A DNA stretch of 64,000 nt, taken from assembly GCA_043228905.1 (NCBI GenBank), contig JBHGNT010000020.1, positions 7,812,001-7,876,000 of the forward strand, given 5' to 3'. How positions within the stretch are numbered: position 1 is the stretch's first letter; each line of letters starts with the position of its first letter. The DNA is from Azolla caroliniana. Lineage: Eukaryota > Plantae > Polypodiophyta. Made by a program: the position numbers and the translations under genes. Positions 14,128 to 26,046 of this stretch are shown here, piece after piece. Below the pieces are notes generated by a model. It saw only the letters and a program-made list of their open reading frames with translations, was not told the origin of the DNA and ran no database searches.

Positions 14128-17100
14128 TGTTGAGCAAGCAAGCTCAACCGGATCCGGATCGACTGAATAAGCCTGAGCCAGATCGGTATCTGGATACAAC
14201 CGGCTGGATCGGGGAGACAGATCAGAGAGCCGGATTCGAGTGCTAACCAGAAGCCTAGTAGTAGCCTATACTACTAGGTAATCATGGTCTCATAGTTAGT
14301 GTCAATCGCACATACGAATATTGAAGTACTTGTCAGTACTTATTTCAGTCCTTTATGGACTTGTATAAATAGTGTTGTTATAGCACATCGTATGTACAGA
14401 GTGTTTTTATTATTTTGAATTGACGTTTACGTTCTGCTCTCTTTGTCTCTCCCGTGTATACTCTTTGTGTGTTAATCTTCTCCATTAAACCTTCATCTTA
14501 TTCACTATTGCTATCCACCTGAGCCGGTTCTATCTAACGTTTCCGCACCTTAACATTTACATGGTATCAAAGCGCAAGGGTTGAGAACCTCTGCAGCCAA
14601 CACTTGCTTTCGTAGATGAACCCTAGAACCCGGTAACAACAGACAGAGAGAAGATATAGACTGAGGAATGGCAAGTTCACTTCCAACAAAGAAGCTTGAC
14701 CGGAGCAACTACGTGTCCTGGTCATACAAGATGCACCAGTACCTGCTGGGGCATGGATATTGGAGCTTCGTGGAAGGAACGAATGAGGTAGCGCTAGTGC
14801 CGGCACACAAGGACTTCCCGGTATGGGAGCAAGGAGTGAGCCGAGTATTGTACTGCCTCATGTCCTATGTGCACGACCAGATGCTCGGCTACTTAAAGGA
14901 TGCAAAAACGTCGAAGGAGGCCTGGGGAAATCTGAAGAAGATTTTCGTCGCGAGTACCACAGCCCGTAAGTTGCAGCTCTGACAAGAGCTAAACAACATC
15001 CGACAAAGAGACATGTTGGTTACGGATTACACCACCAAAGTAAAGGAGATTTGTGACGCACTCGGGTCCATCAACGTGACCGTGGATGAAGATGAGATGG
15101 TACAAATCTGCCTCGATGGTCTAACGTAAAGGTACGGGCCAATCTGGACAGCAATCTGCACCCGAGAGAAGCCACCGACTTTCTTCAACTTGCAATCATG
15201 CTGATGATCGAAGATAACCATGCGAGTGGGTCAAGGACCACTCAATCGGACTACCGGATGTTGTACACGGAGATAGATCGGCCCCATGGACTTGGTGGAT
15301 GAAGTGGGTCGGCACACAATGGAGGTGGCCGGCAAGACCAGAACCAGATGGTGTCGACAGCAATTCTGGACCCTCCACAAGAAGGGGGAGTCAAAGTGGC
15401 GTCGGAAGCCAGCAAGGAAAAGCCAACACAGAATGCGAGTAATGTGGCAAAAAGGGCCACAAGGAAAGCGAGTGCTGGAAGAAGCGTGCTGATTCGGACA
15501 AATCTGGATCCGGCAAAACCGGTCGAGAAAACCGGCAAAGCTCGCACTACATGGAAGGATCGGAGGGATCTGGAACCGGGAAAATTGGAAAGGGGCCAGC
15601 CTTCGTGGTGAGTCACAAGGCAAACCCGATGAAGAAGACTACTTCCAAATCGGAGGAAGTATGGTACGTTGATTCCGGTGCTTCGAACCACATGACAAAC
15701 CACGATCAATTGGGGATTGTCAAAACCGGAGACGACACTCCTCACCCGATTGTGCATGTCGGATAAGTCCCTTTGAGCCATATCGGACAGCGGGGGAAGC
15801 TGATGAATGTATTACACATTCTGACAATCACAAAGAACCTGGTGTCGGTCGAACAAATCGTCGACCAAGGAATGCAGGTGCTGTTTACGCACCTCAGGTG
15901 CTTCATCGAGGAAGAGGGCCAGATACGCAAGGGCGCGGAGAAGGGAGGATGTTCATCCTCAACACTAATGACATCGGCACCACCATGTTTGCCAAAGCAC
16001 AGAAGATTGAATCAGACATCAATCTCTCGCATAAGCAGATCGGCCAAGTCAACTACCAGAGGTTTCAAGACCTACAATCGAAACAATTTGTATTCGGTTT
16101 GCCGAAATTTAGCGGCTAGAAAGCCAAAATTTGTGAAGCATGTCAACTCGGGAAGCAACACAGGTTTCCATTCCCCACCAAACGAAACCGGAGCCGTAAC
16201 AAGCTTGACCTAATCCATTCAGATATATGGGGACTAGCACAGAACGTTACTCTTGGCGGGAGTCGATACTTCGTCTCCTTCATCGACGACTACAATCGGC
16301 ACACGTGGATCTACCTCATCTAACGGAAGAGCGAAGTCTTCAAATGTTTCCGGAACTTGCAAAGCTAAGTTGAACGGGAAACAAAGAGGAAGATCAAGTC
16401 CTTGCAGTCAGATGGCGGAAAAGAATACTTTTCCGGCCAATTCAACAGTTATCTGCAACAGAACGGAATTTGGAGAGAATTCAGCTACCGATACACACCG
16501 GAACAAAACAATGTGGCCGAGAGGAAGAACCAAACGATTGTCGATGCGGCAAGGGCAATGTTGGAGGAGAAGAGCATGCCCCAATTCTACTGGGCTAAGG
16601 CGGTCTGGACGGCGTCTACATACAAAACCGGATCGGTGACAAGGTGTCAGCACACAAGCTGTATTTCGAGCGCAAGCCGAATTTGAGACACCTTCAAATA
16701 TTCGACAGCATAGCATATGTGCATGTACCGGATGAGAAGCAAAGGAAGCTTGATCCGAGGTCAGAGAAGTGGATCTTGGTTGGTTACTCGCATGAGTAAA
16801 AGGGGTATAAGTGCTATAACCCCCAGACGAAGCAGGTCCGAGTAAGTTGAGATGTTGAGTTCAACGAGACGGCATCGTGGTACTCTCTAAAGACTCGGAC
16901 TTCCGACTCCAACCCAATCCTGGAGGATGAGGTCAGTGAGCCTGAACCGGACCAAATAGAAGATGATGAGCTTGAGACTCTAGAAGAGAGTCCGGAATCG
17001 TTTCCGTTGAGCGGACCAAACGAAAGACTAGGTCAAAGTGACCAGTCGGATGAGGAACCGACGAGTAGTGGAGACTCTGCTATGCTCTCCCAATGCAAAG

Positions 17101-19570
17101 AAACCGAGGAGACAGTTCACACGCAAAGAGAAAGAGAAGCAGAAAATGTCGGAATATGAAACTACCAACGTTGAGTCAGATGGAGCGAATCCGACTCCGG
17201 AAAGGATGAAGGCGGAGGTTCGGGAACGAAGTCCGAACCAGCCAAGAAGGGCCCCAAACCAGGTGATAACAAGTTACGCCGGTCTTCCTGCCAGAAGAAC
17301 CCCGTTACGCGGTACGGGTACAATGAGTACATGGCGCATCACTATGCGTACATGACCAAAGTGGCGGAAGTGCGTGAGCTGAAGATCTACGCAGAAGCGG
17401 CAAAGGACGCAAATTGGCGTGCCGCTATGGAAGAAGAAATGTGGGCACTGCACTCGATGCCAACGATACATGGGACCTCGTTGACCCGCGGTACAGATAC
17501 AATGAGTACATGGCGCATCACTATGCGTACATGACCAAAGTGGCGGAAGTGCATGAGCCAGAGAGCTACGCAGAAGTGGCAAAGGACGCAAATTGGCGTG
17601 CCGCTATGGAAGAAGAAATGCGGGCACTCGATGCCAACGACACATGGGACCTCGTTGACCCTCCTCGACATTGTAAAACTGATCAGTTGCAAATGGGTGG
17701 ACAAGGTAAAATACAATGCTGACGGTTCGGTTAACCGGTGCAAGGCCTGGTTAGTGGCGAAGGGATACGCATAGATCCACGGAATCAACTACGACGAGAC
17801 CTTCGCTCTAGTAGCAAAGATGACGACGGTTCGTGTGCTATTGGCGGTTGTTGTAGCAAGGGGGTGGCATCTTCACCAGATGCATGTGAAGAATGTGTTT
17901 CTTCAAGGTGACCTTGAAGAACGGGTCTATATGATCCAACCTCCCGGTTTTCAGTCGGAGATGAACAAGTCGGCGGTGTGCCGGCTTTAGATGTCTCTTT
18001 ATGGTCTGAAACAAGTCGGAAAGCGAAGATCACGCACTTGTTGCGTAAGATGGGATTTGTGACCTCTAAATCCGACTCATCGTTGTTCATCCGGCAAGGT
18101 CCAGACAGTTCGGTTTGCACCTTACTTTATGTAGATGATTTAGTCATCACCGGACTTGGACTCAATGAAATCGGCATTGTCAAGGCCCAGTTATCGGACG
18201 TATTTGAGATGAAGGACCTATGGGACCTTCATTATTTCCTTGGGATCGAGGCGATCCGAACCCCCGACGGCATATTGCTCTCACATCAACACTATGTGTT
18301 GAATATGTTGTACAAGTTCGGCATGACGGAATGTCGACCTGCCTCCACACCCCTATACCGGAACCAGAAGCTCTGTCCCAACTCCGGGCCGGCCTACGAT
18401 GAGAAACGGTTCTGAAAAATAGTCGGAAGCCTGATATACTTGGTAATCACCCGACCTGACATCAGTTATCCGGTCGGTGTGATCAGCCAATTCATGCAGA
18501 AGCCAATTGTGGAGCGCGTTCACTGCGCGCACAAATATTGCGCTATGTGACCGGCACGAAGGACCAGGGACTATTATACCGGCACGGTATAACTGAAGAG
18601 CTAGTCGGATACACAGATGCCGACTGGGCTGGTGATACATCGGATCGCCAATCCACCTCCAGGTACATGTTTTCCCTTGGTAGCGCAGCTGTTTTGTGGA
18701 GCAGCAAAAAGCAACCAACAATGACTCTATCGAGCACTGAGGCTGAATACCAGGGCGCTACCAATACGTGGAGCAGCAAAAAGCATCCAATAGTGACTCT
18801 ACCGAGCACTGAGGCTGAATACCGGGGCGCTACCAATGCCACTTGTGAAGCCATCTGGCTTCGGCGACTACTACGAGATCTCCGAATCAAGGTGCTGACC
18901 CCGATCCTAATCTACTTCATACAACTCGCCAAGAACCCCATATTCCATGCTCGTACAAAGCACATAGAAGTGCATTATCACTTCATGCGTGAGCGGATCC
19001 TGAGTGGTGAAGTCGAACTTCGGTATGTTCAAACGGATTGGTAGGTTGCCGACATCTTCACCAAACGGCTCGAATCAGGCATGTTGCAACACTTCACCAA
19101 AATGCTTGGTGTTCAGCATCTCGACATGCCACACTTGAGGGGGAGAACGGGCACAAGCAAAGAAATTGGTGCCATAACGAGCAAAGGCAAAGAAACTGTT
19201 GACGACACCGGACAAGGAACCGTAAATTGAAGAACCATCAAAGGGGGAGACAAGAGGAAAAAGGAAGCCGAGTCGACGAAGGAAGTCGGCACATCCGAAC
19301 AAGTCGGAATGAGCGGCAACGGCGGAAAATTCAAGAAGAACAGAGCCGACCGAAAGGAGAAGGCCAAGACCCAGACATGGTCTGATGTGGTGAAGGGCTT
19401 GAAACCAAAAGACGAGTTGGAGAACACCAACTCAGACAAGAGAGGGAACGAATTAGAGATAGCCAATTCACTTCAACAGTTGGATTCAGAGGAGCCGGAT
19501 CAACTAAAGGCCAAGTGGACACGGACCCAGTGGAAGTCGACGCCAACACGAAGGAACCAACGGGTAGACA
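14128..19570 (+). mobile_element. Ty1/copia (family B), 5' LTR present, 3' LTR deleted, inserted in the LINE
   Basis: LTR 14128-14561; PBS tggtatcaaagc 14562-14573; gag MASSLPTKKLDRSNY, WYVDSGASNHM, integrase, LYVDDLVI, RNase H HARTKHIEVHYH; TSD acttt at 14123-14127 and 19571-19575. Confidence 0.92.
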
Positions 19571-19734
19571 ACTTTACATGTGAAAAGTTTTCAGGTGTAC
19601 GTTACATCAAGCTCCTTGCAAGTAGTCAAGTTCTTCTCCCGGTGTTATGTTTGGAACATTATATCCTCTTTGGCCTTATGGATTATTAGGAAAGCGAGGT
19701 GTTCAAAAATATATAATGATGAACAAACTAATCT
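19571..19734 (+). mobile_element. Continuation of the LINE interrupted at 14127
   Basis: Removing 14128-19575 restores the frame ...HHNSSLTLHVKSFQ...ISSLALWIIRKARCSKIY, a typical LINE ORF2 end. Confidence 0.8.
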
Positions 19735-22700
19735 TGTGGATCGGGTTAACTCTTGTAAAAGAATACGTGCGGAAGCGTATGCGTAAGACATTGAGTACAC
19801 GGTTCGGAAGTACGACAGTTCGGTAAAACACAGAAATCACAGAGAAGGAGAGGGAGAGACAGAGAGCAAAAAACGTAACTATATTCAAAAATAATTCTCT
19901 ATATGTTCTCTATACATACTTGGTGCTCAGTGAGCACCTTTTATACAAGCCCTTACTATCAGGCTGACACAAGTACTTACAATACCTGACTGCTCATAAA
20001 TGAGCACCCTACAGTTACCCCCAAAATTATTCCTTGCGAGGAATAACATTCTAACAGCCTCTCAGTTTACACACCGCTACGGCCATATTTTGTGTACAGT
20101 TTTACGCACTGGGTTATGCACCCATTGTTGAGTTTGTCTCTCAACAGTCCTCCTCAAGCTCAACTTGAGGTTGCATATGCTTTTCCGGGTCTCCGCTCCT
20201 GCTTCTCCTAGCTTCACGCCTCACTCGCGCTCCTCGACCCGTTCGATTCCAGGCGCCTCGACCCCTACAATCGGCTTGTCTGCTCATGTGGCCTTTCTCA
20301 GCTTTCTTCCTGTCGCGGTGTTGGCACCTCTTTCGCTGCCCTTTTCTCCGGTTGGCCCTCAGTTGATTTGGCATATCCGAATCGATCATTACGATTGAAT
20401 CGAACATTCCTGCTTTCACCCGAATTGGTTGTCTCCAATTCGTCTTCTATCTTCAGGCTCTTAACTACGTCCGACCATGTCTTAGTCTTGGCCTTTATGC
20501 CCTTCTTGGCTTTGTTTCCCCTTTGTTCGGTTGTCTTTGACTCTTCCTTGCAATTTCAGCCCATGTTTTCTTCTTCAGCTTCTTTAGCCAGCCCGAAATC
20601 GAATTCTTCATCCAATTCGGCATCGCGGTTACTACAGCTCCTTCCACGCTCTTGTTCATGTTCCTGTCTCCCCCTCAAGTTTGGTGTGTCAAGGTGACAC
20701 AAACCCAGCTCAACCGAGAAATGTCGCAACTTGTCGAGACCAAGGGGCTTGGCGAAGCCGTCGGAACATACGCCAGTTCGACTTCACCAGAAAGGATACG
20801 CTCGCAGAAAAAATGGTGGTGCACCTCAATGTGCTTGGTCTGAGCGTGGAATATAGGGTTTTTCGCAATGTGGATGTTGTTGAGGTTGTCGCAATAGGTC
20901 GTCATTGGATCGGACACCTCTACATGCAGATCCCGTAATAACCGTTTCAGCCTAATGACTTCGCACGTAGCAATTGTCGGCCCTTGATGCTTGACAATGC
21001 TACTGTCGGCTACTTCTTACTGCCCCATGCAATCGCCACACTTCCCAATGAGAATGCGTATGTATCCGGATGTGGATCTACAATCGTGGGCATTTCCGGC
21101 CCAATCAGCATTCGTGTAGCCGACTAACTATTCGGCTATGCCTCCACAATACAACACACCATGTCTTTCGTGCCACTGACATATCGTAATATCCTTTGCG
21201 TGCACTAAAGGTGTTCAATCGTGGGCTGCGACATAAATTGATTGATCATTCCGAGTGGATAGCTGAGGTCTGGCCGAGTGATCGTCAAGTAGATGAGGCT
21301 TCCGACAATCTATCGAAACCATGTCGGGTCACACGCCTTTCCCAAATCTCGGTGAAGCTTTACGTTTCTATCCAGAGGGGTCGAGATGGGCTTACAATCT
21401 CCCATCCCGAATTTGAAGAGCATATTCAGCGTGTAATGATGTTGACTAATCAATATGCCTTCGGGAGAACGGATCACTTCGATCCCGAGGAAGTAATGAA
21501 GGTTGCCAAGATCCTTCATTTCGAACAATGCCGCAAGCTAAGACTTTACGCGGCCGACTTCCTCCAGGTCGGCACCAGCGATGACTAAATCATCAACATA
21601 AAGTAAAAGAAAAACCGAGCCATGTCGACCTTGCCAAACGAACAATGAAGAGTCCAACTTTGATGTCATAAACCCCATTCTACGCAACCCTTGCGTAATC
21701 TTCACAATCCAAGCTCGCGGGGCTTGCTTGAGGCCATATAACGCCTTCTTCAATCGGCAGACTGCCGAACTGTTCTGTTTGGATAGACCATGTACACCTG
21801 TTCCTCAAGATCACCTTGCAGGAATGTATTCTTTACATCCATCTAATGTAGATGCCACCCCTTCACCGCAACTAAGGCTAGCAGAACTCGCACGGTAGTC
21901 ATCTTCGCAACAGGCGCGAAGGTCTTGTTGTAATCGGCGCCATGCTTCTACCCGTAGCCTTTCGCAACCAAACGGGCATATATCGGTTGACCGAGTCGTC
22001 CGTGTTGTATTTCACCTTAAACACACATCTGCATCCGACCGCTTAACACCTTCAGGTGGATCAACTAGGTTCCAAGTCTCATTGTCCGATAATGCAGAGG
22101 CATCTCAGCCTCACTGACCTCTTCTTTAGAATTCAGAATGGAATCATGAGGTATTGAAGGTGAAGGCAAGTGCCACGAAGCGGACTCGTCGAACACGACA
22201 TCTCGGCTTACGCGAACTTCCTTTGTTCGGGGGTTATAGCACTTATACCCCTTCTGCTCGTCTGAATAGCCGACCAAGATACACTTCTTCCTCTTCTCCT
22301 TTGGCACATGCACATACGTAATGCTGCCGAAAATCCTCAAGTGTGCCAAGTTTGTCTTCTTTCCAAAATACAACTCATGTGGCGACACTCCTCCATTAGC
22401 AGAGGTCTGATTCTGTAAGTAAACAGCCGTCCTTATGGCTTCAGCCCAGTAAAACTTCAGCATTCAAGCATTGCCTTAACGGCTTCTTCGATTGTCTGAT
22501 TCTTCCGCTTGGCCACGCCGTTCTACTGCGGTGTGTATCTACATGAGAATTCGCGTCGAATTCCTTCCTTCTATAGATAACTCGTGAACTGGTCGGAGAA
22601 GTACTCCTTCCTGCCATTGGACCGTAGGCATTTGATCTTACGCCCTATTTCCCTTTTTGCAAGGTTCTTTACCTTCAAGAAACATGCAAAACTTCGCTCT

Positions 22701-24085
22701 TCTTCGCAATCATACATGCCTAGGTATGCCGAGTGAAGTCATCGATGAAGGTTACAAATTAACGGCTACCACCTAAGCTCACGTTCTGTGCCGGTCCCCA
22801 TACATCCGAATGGATCAAATCCATCGGATTTCGACTACGATTACGCTCATTGGGGAATGGAAGTCAGTGTTGCTTCCCGAGTTGGCAGGCTTCGCAGACT
22901 TGGCCATTATGGCCCCAAAATTTCAGCAAACCGAAAACAATGTTCTTTGTCTGCATTTCACAAAGCCGTGGGAAGTTAACGTGGCCGAACCGCTTGTGCC
23001 ACAGGTCGATATCCGATTCGACCTTTTGTCCTTTCGCGAACAACGCGGTTCTGGCTTGATTGGTGTCGAGGATGAACATCCTCCCTTCACGGCGCCCTTG
23101 CGAGATAACTTGGCCTTCCTCTTCGATGTAGCACCCGAGGTGCGTGAATCGAACTTGCAAGCCCTAGTGGACGATCTGACCTACCAACACCAGGTTCTTG
23201 GTTATTGTCGGGACATGCAGCACGTTCATGAGTTTCCCTTTCAGCCTGACGTGGCTGATAGGAACTTCACCGACATGTTCGATGGTATGTGGAGTGTCGT
23301 CTCCCGTTTCAACCACTCCTTGCTTTTCTGGCTTCTCCAAGTACAAGAACCAATCCTCGTGACTCGTCATATGATTTGACACTCCGGAATCAACATACCA
23401 CACCTCGCTCGATTTCGAGGTGTTCACGGCCATCGAATTGGCCTTGTGCTTCATTACGAAGGTTGGGCCCGATCCATTTCCGGCTCGTTCGGAGCCCTCG
23501 GCATAGTGCGATTTCTGACGCCTTCCTACGTCTCTTCCGCTCTATCCGGCTTTGTCCAAATCGACTCTCTTCTTCCAACACTTGCTCTCCCTATGGCCTT
23601 TCTTTCCCTAGTGGACGATCTGACCTACCGACACCAGGTTCTTGGTTATTGTCGGGATGTGCAGCACGTTCATGAGTTTCCCTTTCAGCTTGACGTGGCT
23701 GATGGGAACTTCACCGACATGTTCGATGGTATGCGGAGTATCGTCTCCCGTTTCAACCACTCCTTGCTTTTCTGGTTTCTCCAAGTACAAGAACCAATCC
23801 TCGTGACTCGTCATATGATTTGACGCTCCGAAATCAACGTACCACACCTCGCTCGATTTCGAGGTGTTCACGGCCATCGAATTGGCCTTGTGCTTCATTA
23901 CGAAGGTTGGGCTCGATCCATTTCCGGCTCGTTCGGAGCCCTCGGCATAGTGCGATTTCTGACGCCTTCGTGCGTCTCTTCCACTTGATCCGGCTTTGTC
24001 CAAATCGACTCTCTTCTTCCAACACTCGCTCTCCCTGTGGCCTTTCTTGCCACAGTACCAGCATTCCGTCACGGCCTTCTCTTGC
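19735..24085 (-). mobile_element. Ty1/copia (family B relative), 3' LTR plus internal region, 5'-truncated in gag
   Basis: LTR 19735-20146 (tgtgga...tcaaca); PPT ttgaggaggac adjacent on the minus strand; RNase H, RT LLYVDDLVI, integrase, protease (duplicated), zinc knuckle CWYCGKKGH. Confidence 0.9.
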
Positions 24086-24220
24086 TCAACTATTCCTATT
24101 ATGTTGGAATCAAGTGATGATGTTAAGTGGAACTATGTTCCGCCTCGTTGGTTGTTTCCGCCACCGTCGCCATTCATATTGCATACAACATGACTTAATA
24201 GGAAGTCCACATTAATTTTT

Positions 24221-25260
24221 CATTAGGAGAGTAGCCTCATTATGTTTTTTGTAGGTACAGGACTTTGGTGGTATACAACGAGATGGTGATGTGGTCATTG
24301 AAGCATTTATATTTGGTAAGGATGAGTGTTGGTGATGTCGGGGGCTGAAGCAGATTTTTATGAGGGGATGAGGACAACACATTCACTCTAATTTGTTGGT
24401 ACAGGATTTTTGTGGTAAACGAACAGACAGTTGATGTGGAAAACAAAGCACATTTTTATTGCTGTAAAGGATGAATGACGATGGTGTAGGGGGATGAAGC
24501 ATAATTTCATGAGGGGATTAGGAGAGTAGTCTCATTCTGTTTTTGTAGGTACAGGTCCTTGGTGGTATACAACTAGATGGTTGATGGGGTCATTGAAGAA
24601 AATTTGCATATTGAATTTTTTAAGGATGAGTGAATCATGGACTTTGGCGGTAAACAAACAGACGGTTGATGTGGAAAACGAAGAACATTGTCTATTTTGG
24701 TAAAGGATGAGTGACGATGGTGTCGGGGGAAGAAGTAGAATTTCATGAGGGGATCAAGGGAGTAGTGTCATTATGTTTTTTTGGTACAGGTTCTTGGTGG
24801 TATACAACGAGATGCTTGATGTGGACATTGAGGCAAATTGTTTATTTTTAAGGATGAGTGAATCATGGTGGTGTTGGGGGTTGAAGCAATTTTTTTATGA
24901 GGGGATGAAGATAGCACATTCACTCTATTTTTGTTTGTACAAGACTTTACTGGCAAATGAACAGACGGATGATATGGAAAACAATGGACATTGTCTATTT
25001 TGGTAAAGAATGAGTGACGATGGTGTTGGGGGAAGAAGCGGAATTTCATGAGGGGATTAAGAGGGTAGTGTCATTATGTTTTTTGGTATGCGTAGGATTT
25101 TGCTATGCTACGGCGAGATGGTTGATGTGGACGTTGGTGGTAATCGATGACATGTTGGTTGGGGAGAAGGAAGCATATTTTCTTTGTTTGATAAGGATGA
25201 GTGATGACGTTGTTGCGGTTTGAAGCATACTTTCATGAAGGGACGAGGACAGTAGAATAA
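24221..25260. repeat. Degenerate tandem repeat, about 147-150-bp monomers in A/B alternation
   Basis: A units (gattaggagagtagtctcatt...ggtacagg) at about 24221, 24516, 24752, 25055; B units (gatgaggacaacacattcactcta...gatgtggaaaac) at about 24368, 24904 and a partial one near 24640. Confidence 0.75.
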
Positions 25261-25359
25261 TTTTCTTTTGTAGGTGATTGCTTTATTCGGCAAAATATAT
25301 TCTGAATTAATATATCCCAAATTCTGCGATTTAGAACTTCAACGCAATTGAACTATACA

Positions 25360-25977
25360 CATGTTGAAGAAAATTGTTGTAGGGGCAACATGGAATGTTT
25401 GATGTTTACAAATCCAGCACCAAGTGATTATGTTGGTTTCTGTGTTTCTGAAAGCTTGTGCTAAGCTGAAAGATATGAAAAATGGCCAACAAATACATGC
25501 ACATATTGATGGGACTAGGGCATTGGAAAGTAATGCTTTTTTGGGACTTCTTTTATGGACATGTATTCAAAATGTGGTATGATAGATCAAGTCAGAGATG
25601 TATTTGATAAGATCTCAGTTCGTGATGTGGTATCATGGAATGCATTAATAGCATGATATGCTCTTCATGATCGATATCAGGAAGCATTGGAATGTTTCGA
25701 GCATATGCTAACAGGAACTCAACGCTCCTTATGTGCAACGCTCGGCCACAACCGAGCTTAGAATGATACACAGAAAACAGGAAATAAAACGCGACACAAA
25801 GAAGAGAGGAGGTACACAAGAGGTTTACGTGGAAAACCCCAAACTAGGGGAAAAACCACGGCAGCACACAGGCTGCAAACTATCACTATGATGGAATGTA
25901 CAACAATGAGTTCACTGAGGCACCGACCTCGTGCTCACAGATCTTCGCCACAGGCGGCGGTTACAACAGAGGCAACG

Positions 25978-26046
<69 letters not shown>

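Noticed and set aside
25980-26043. Long (CT)n microsatellite (also (AG)n near 36501 and 49343)
   Set aside because: Ordinary expansions of CT tracts native to the LTRs
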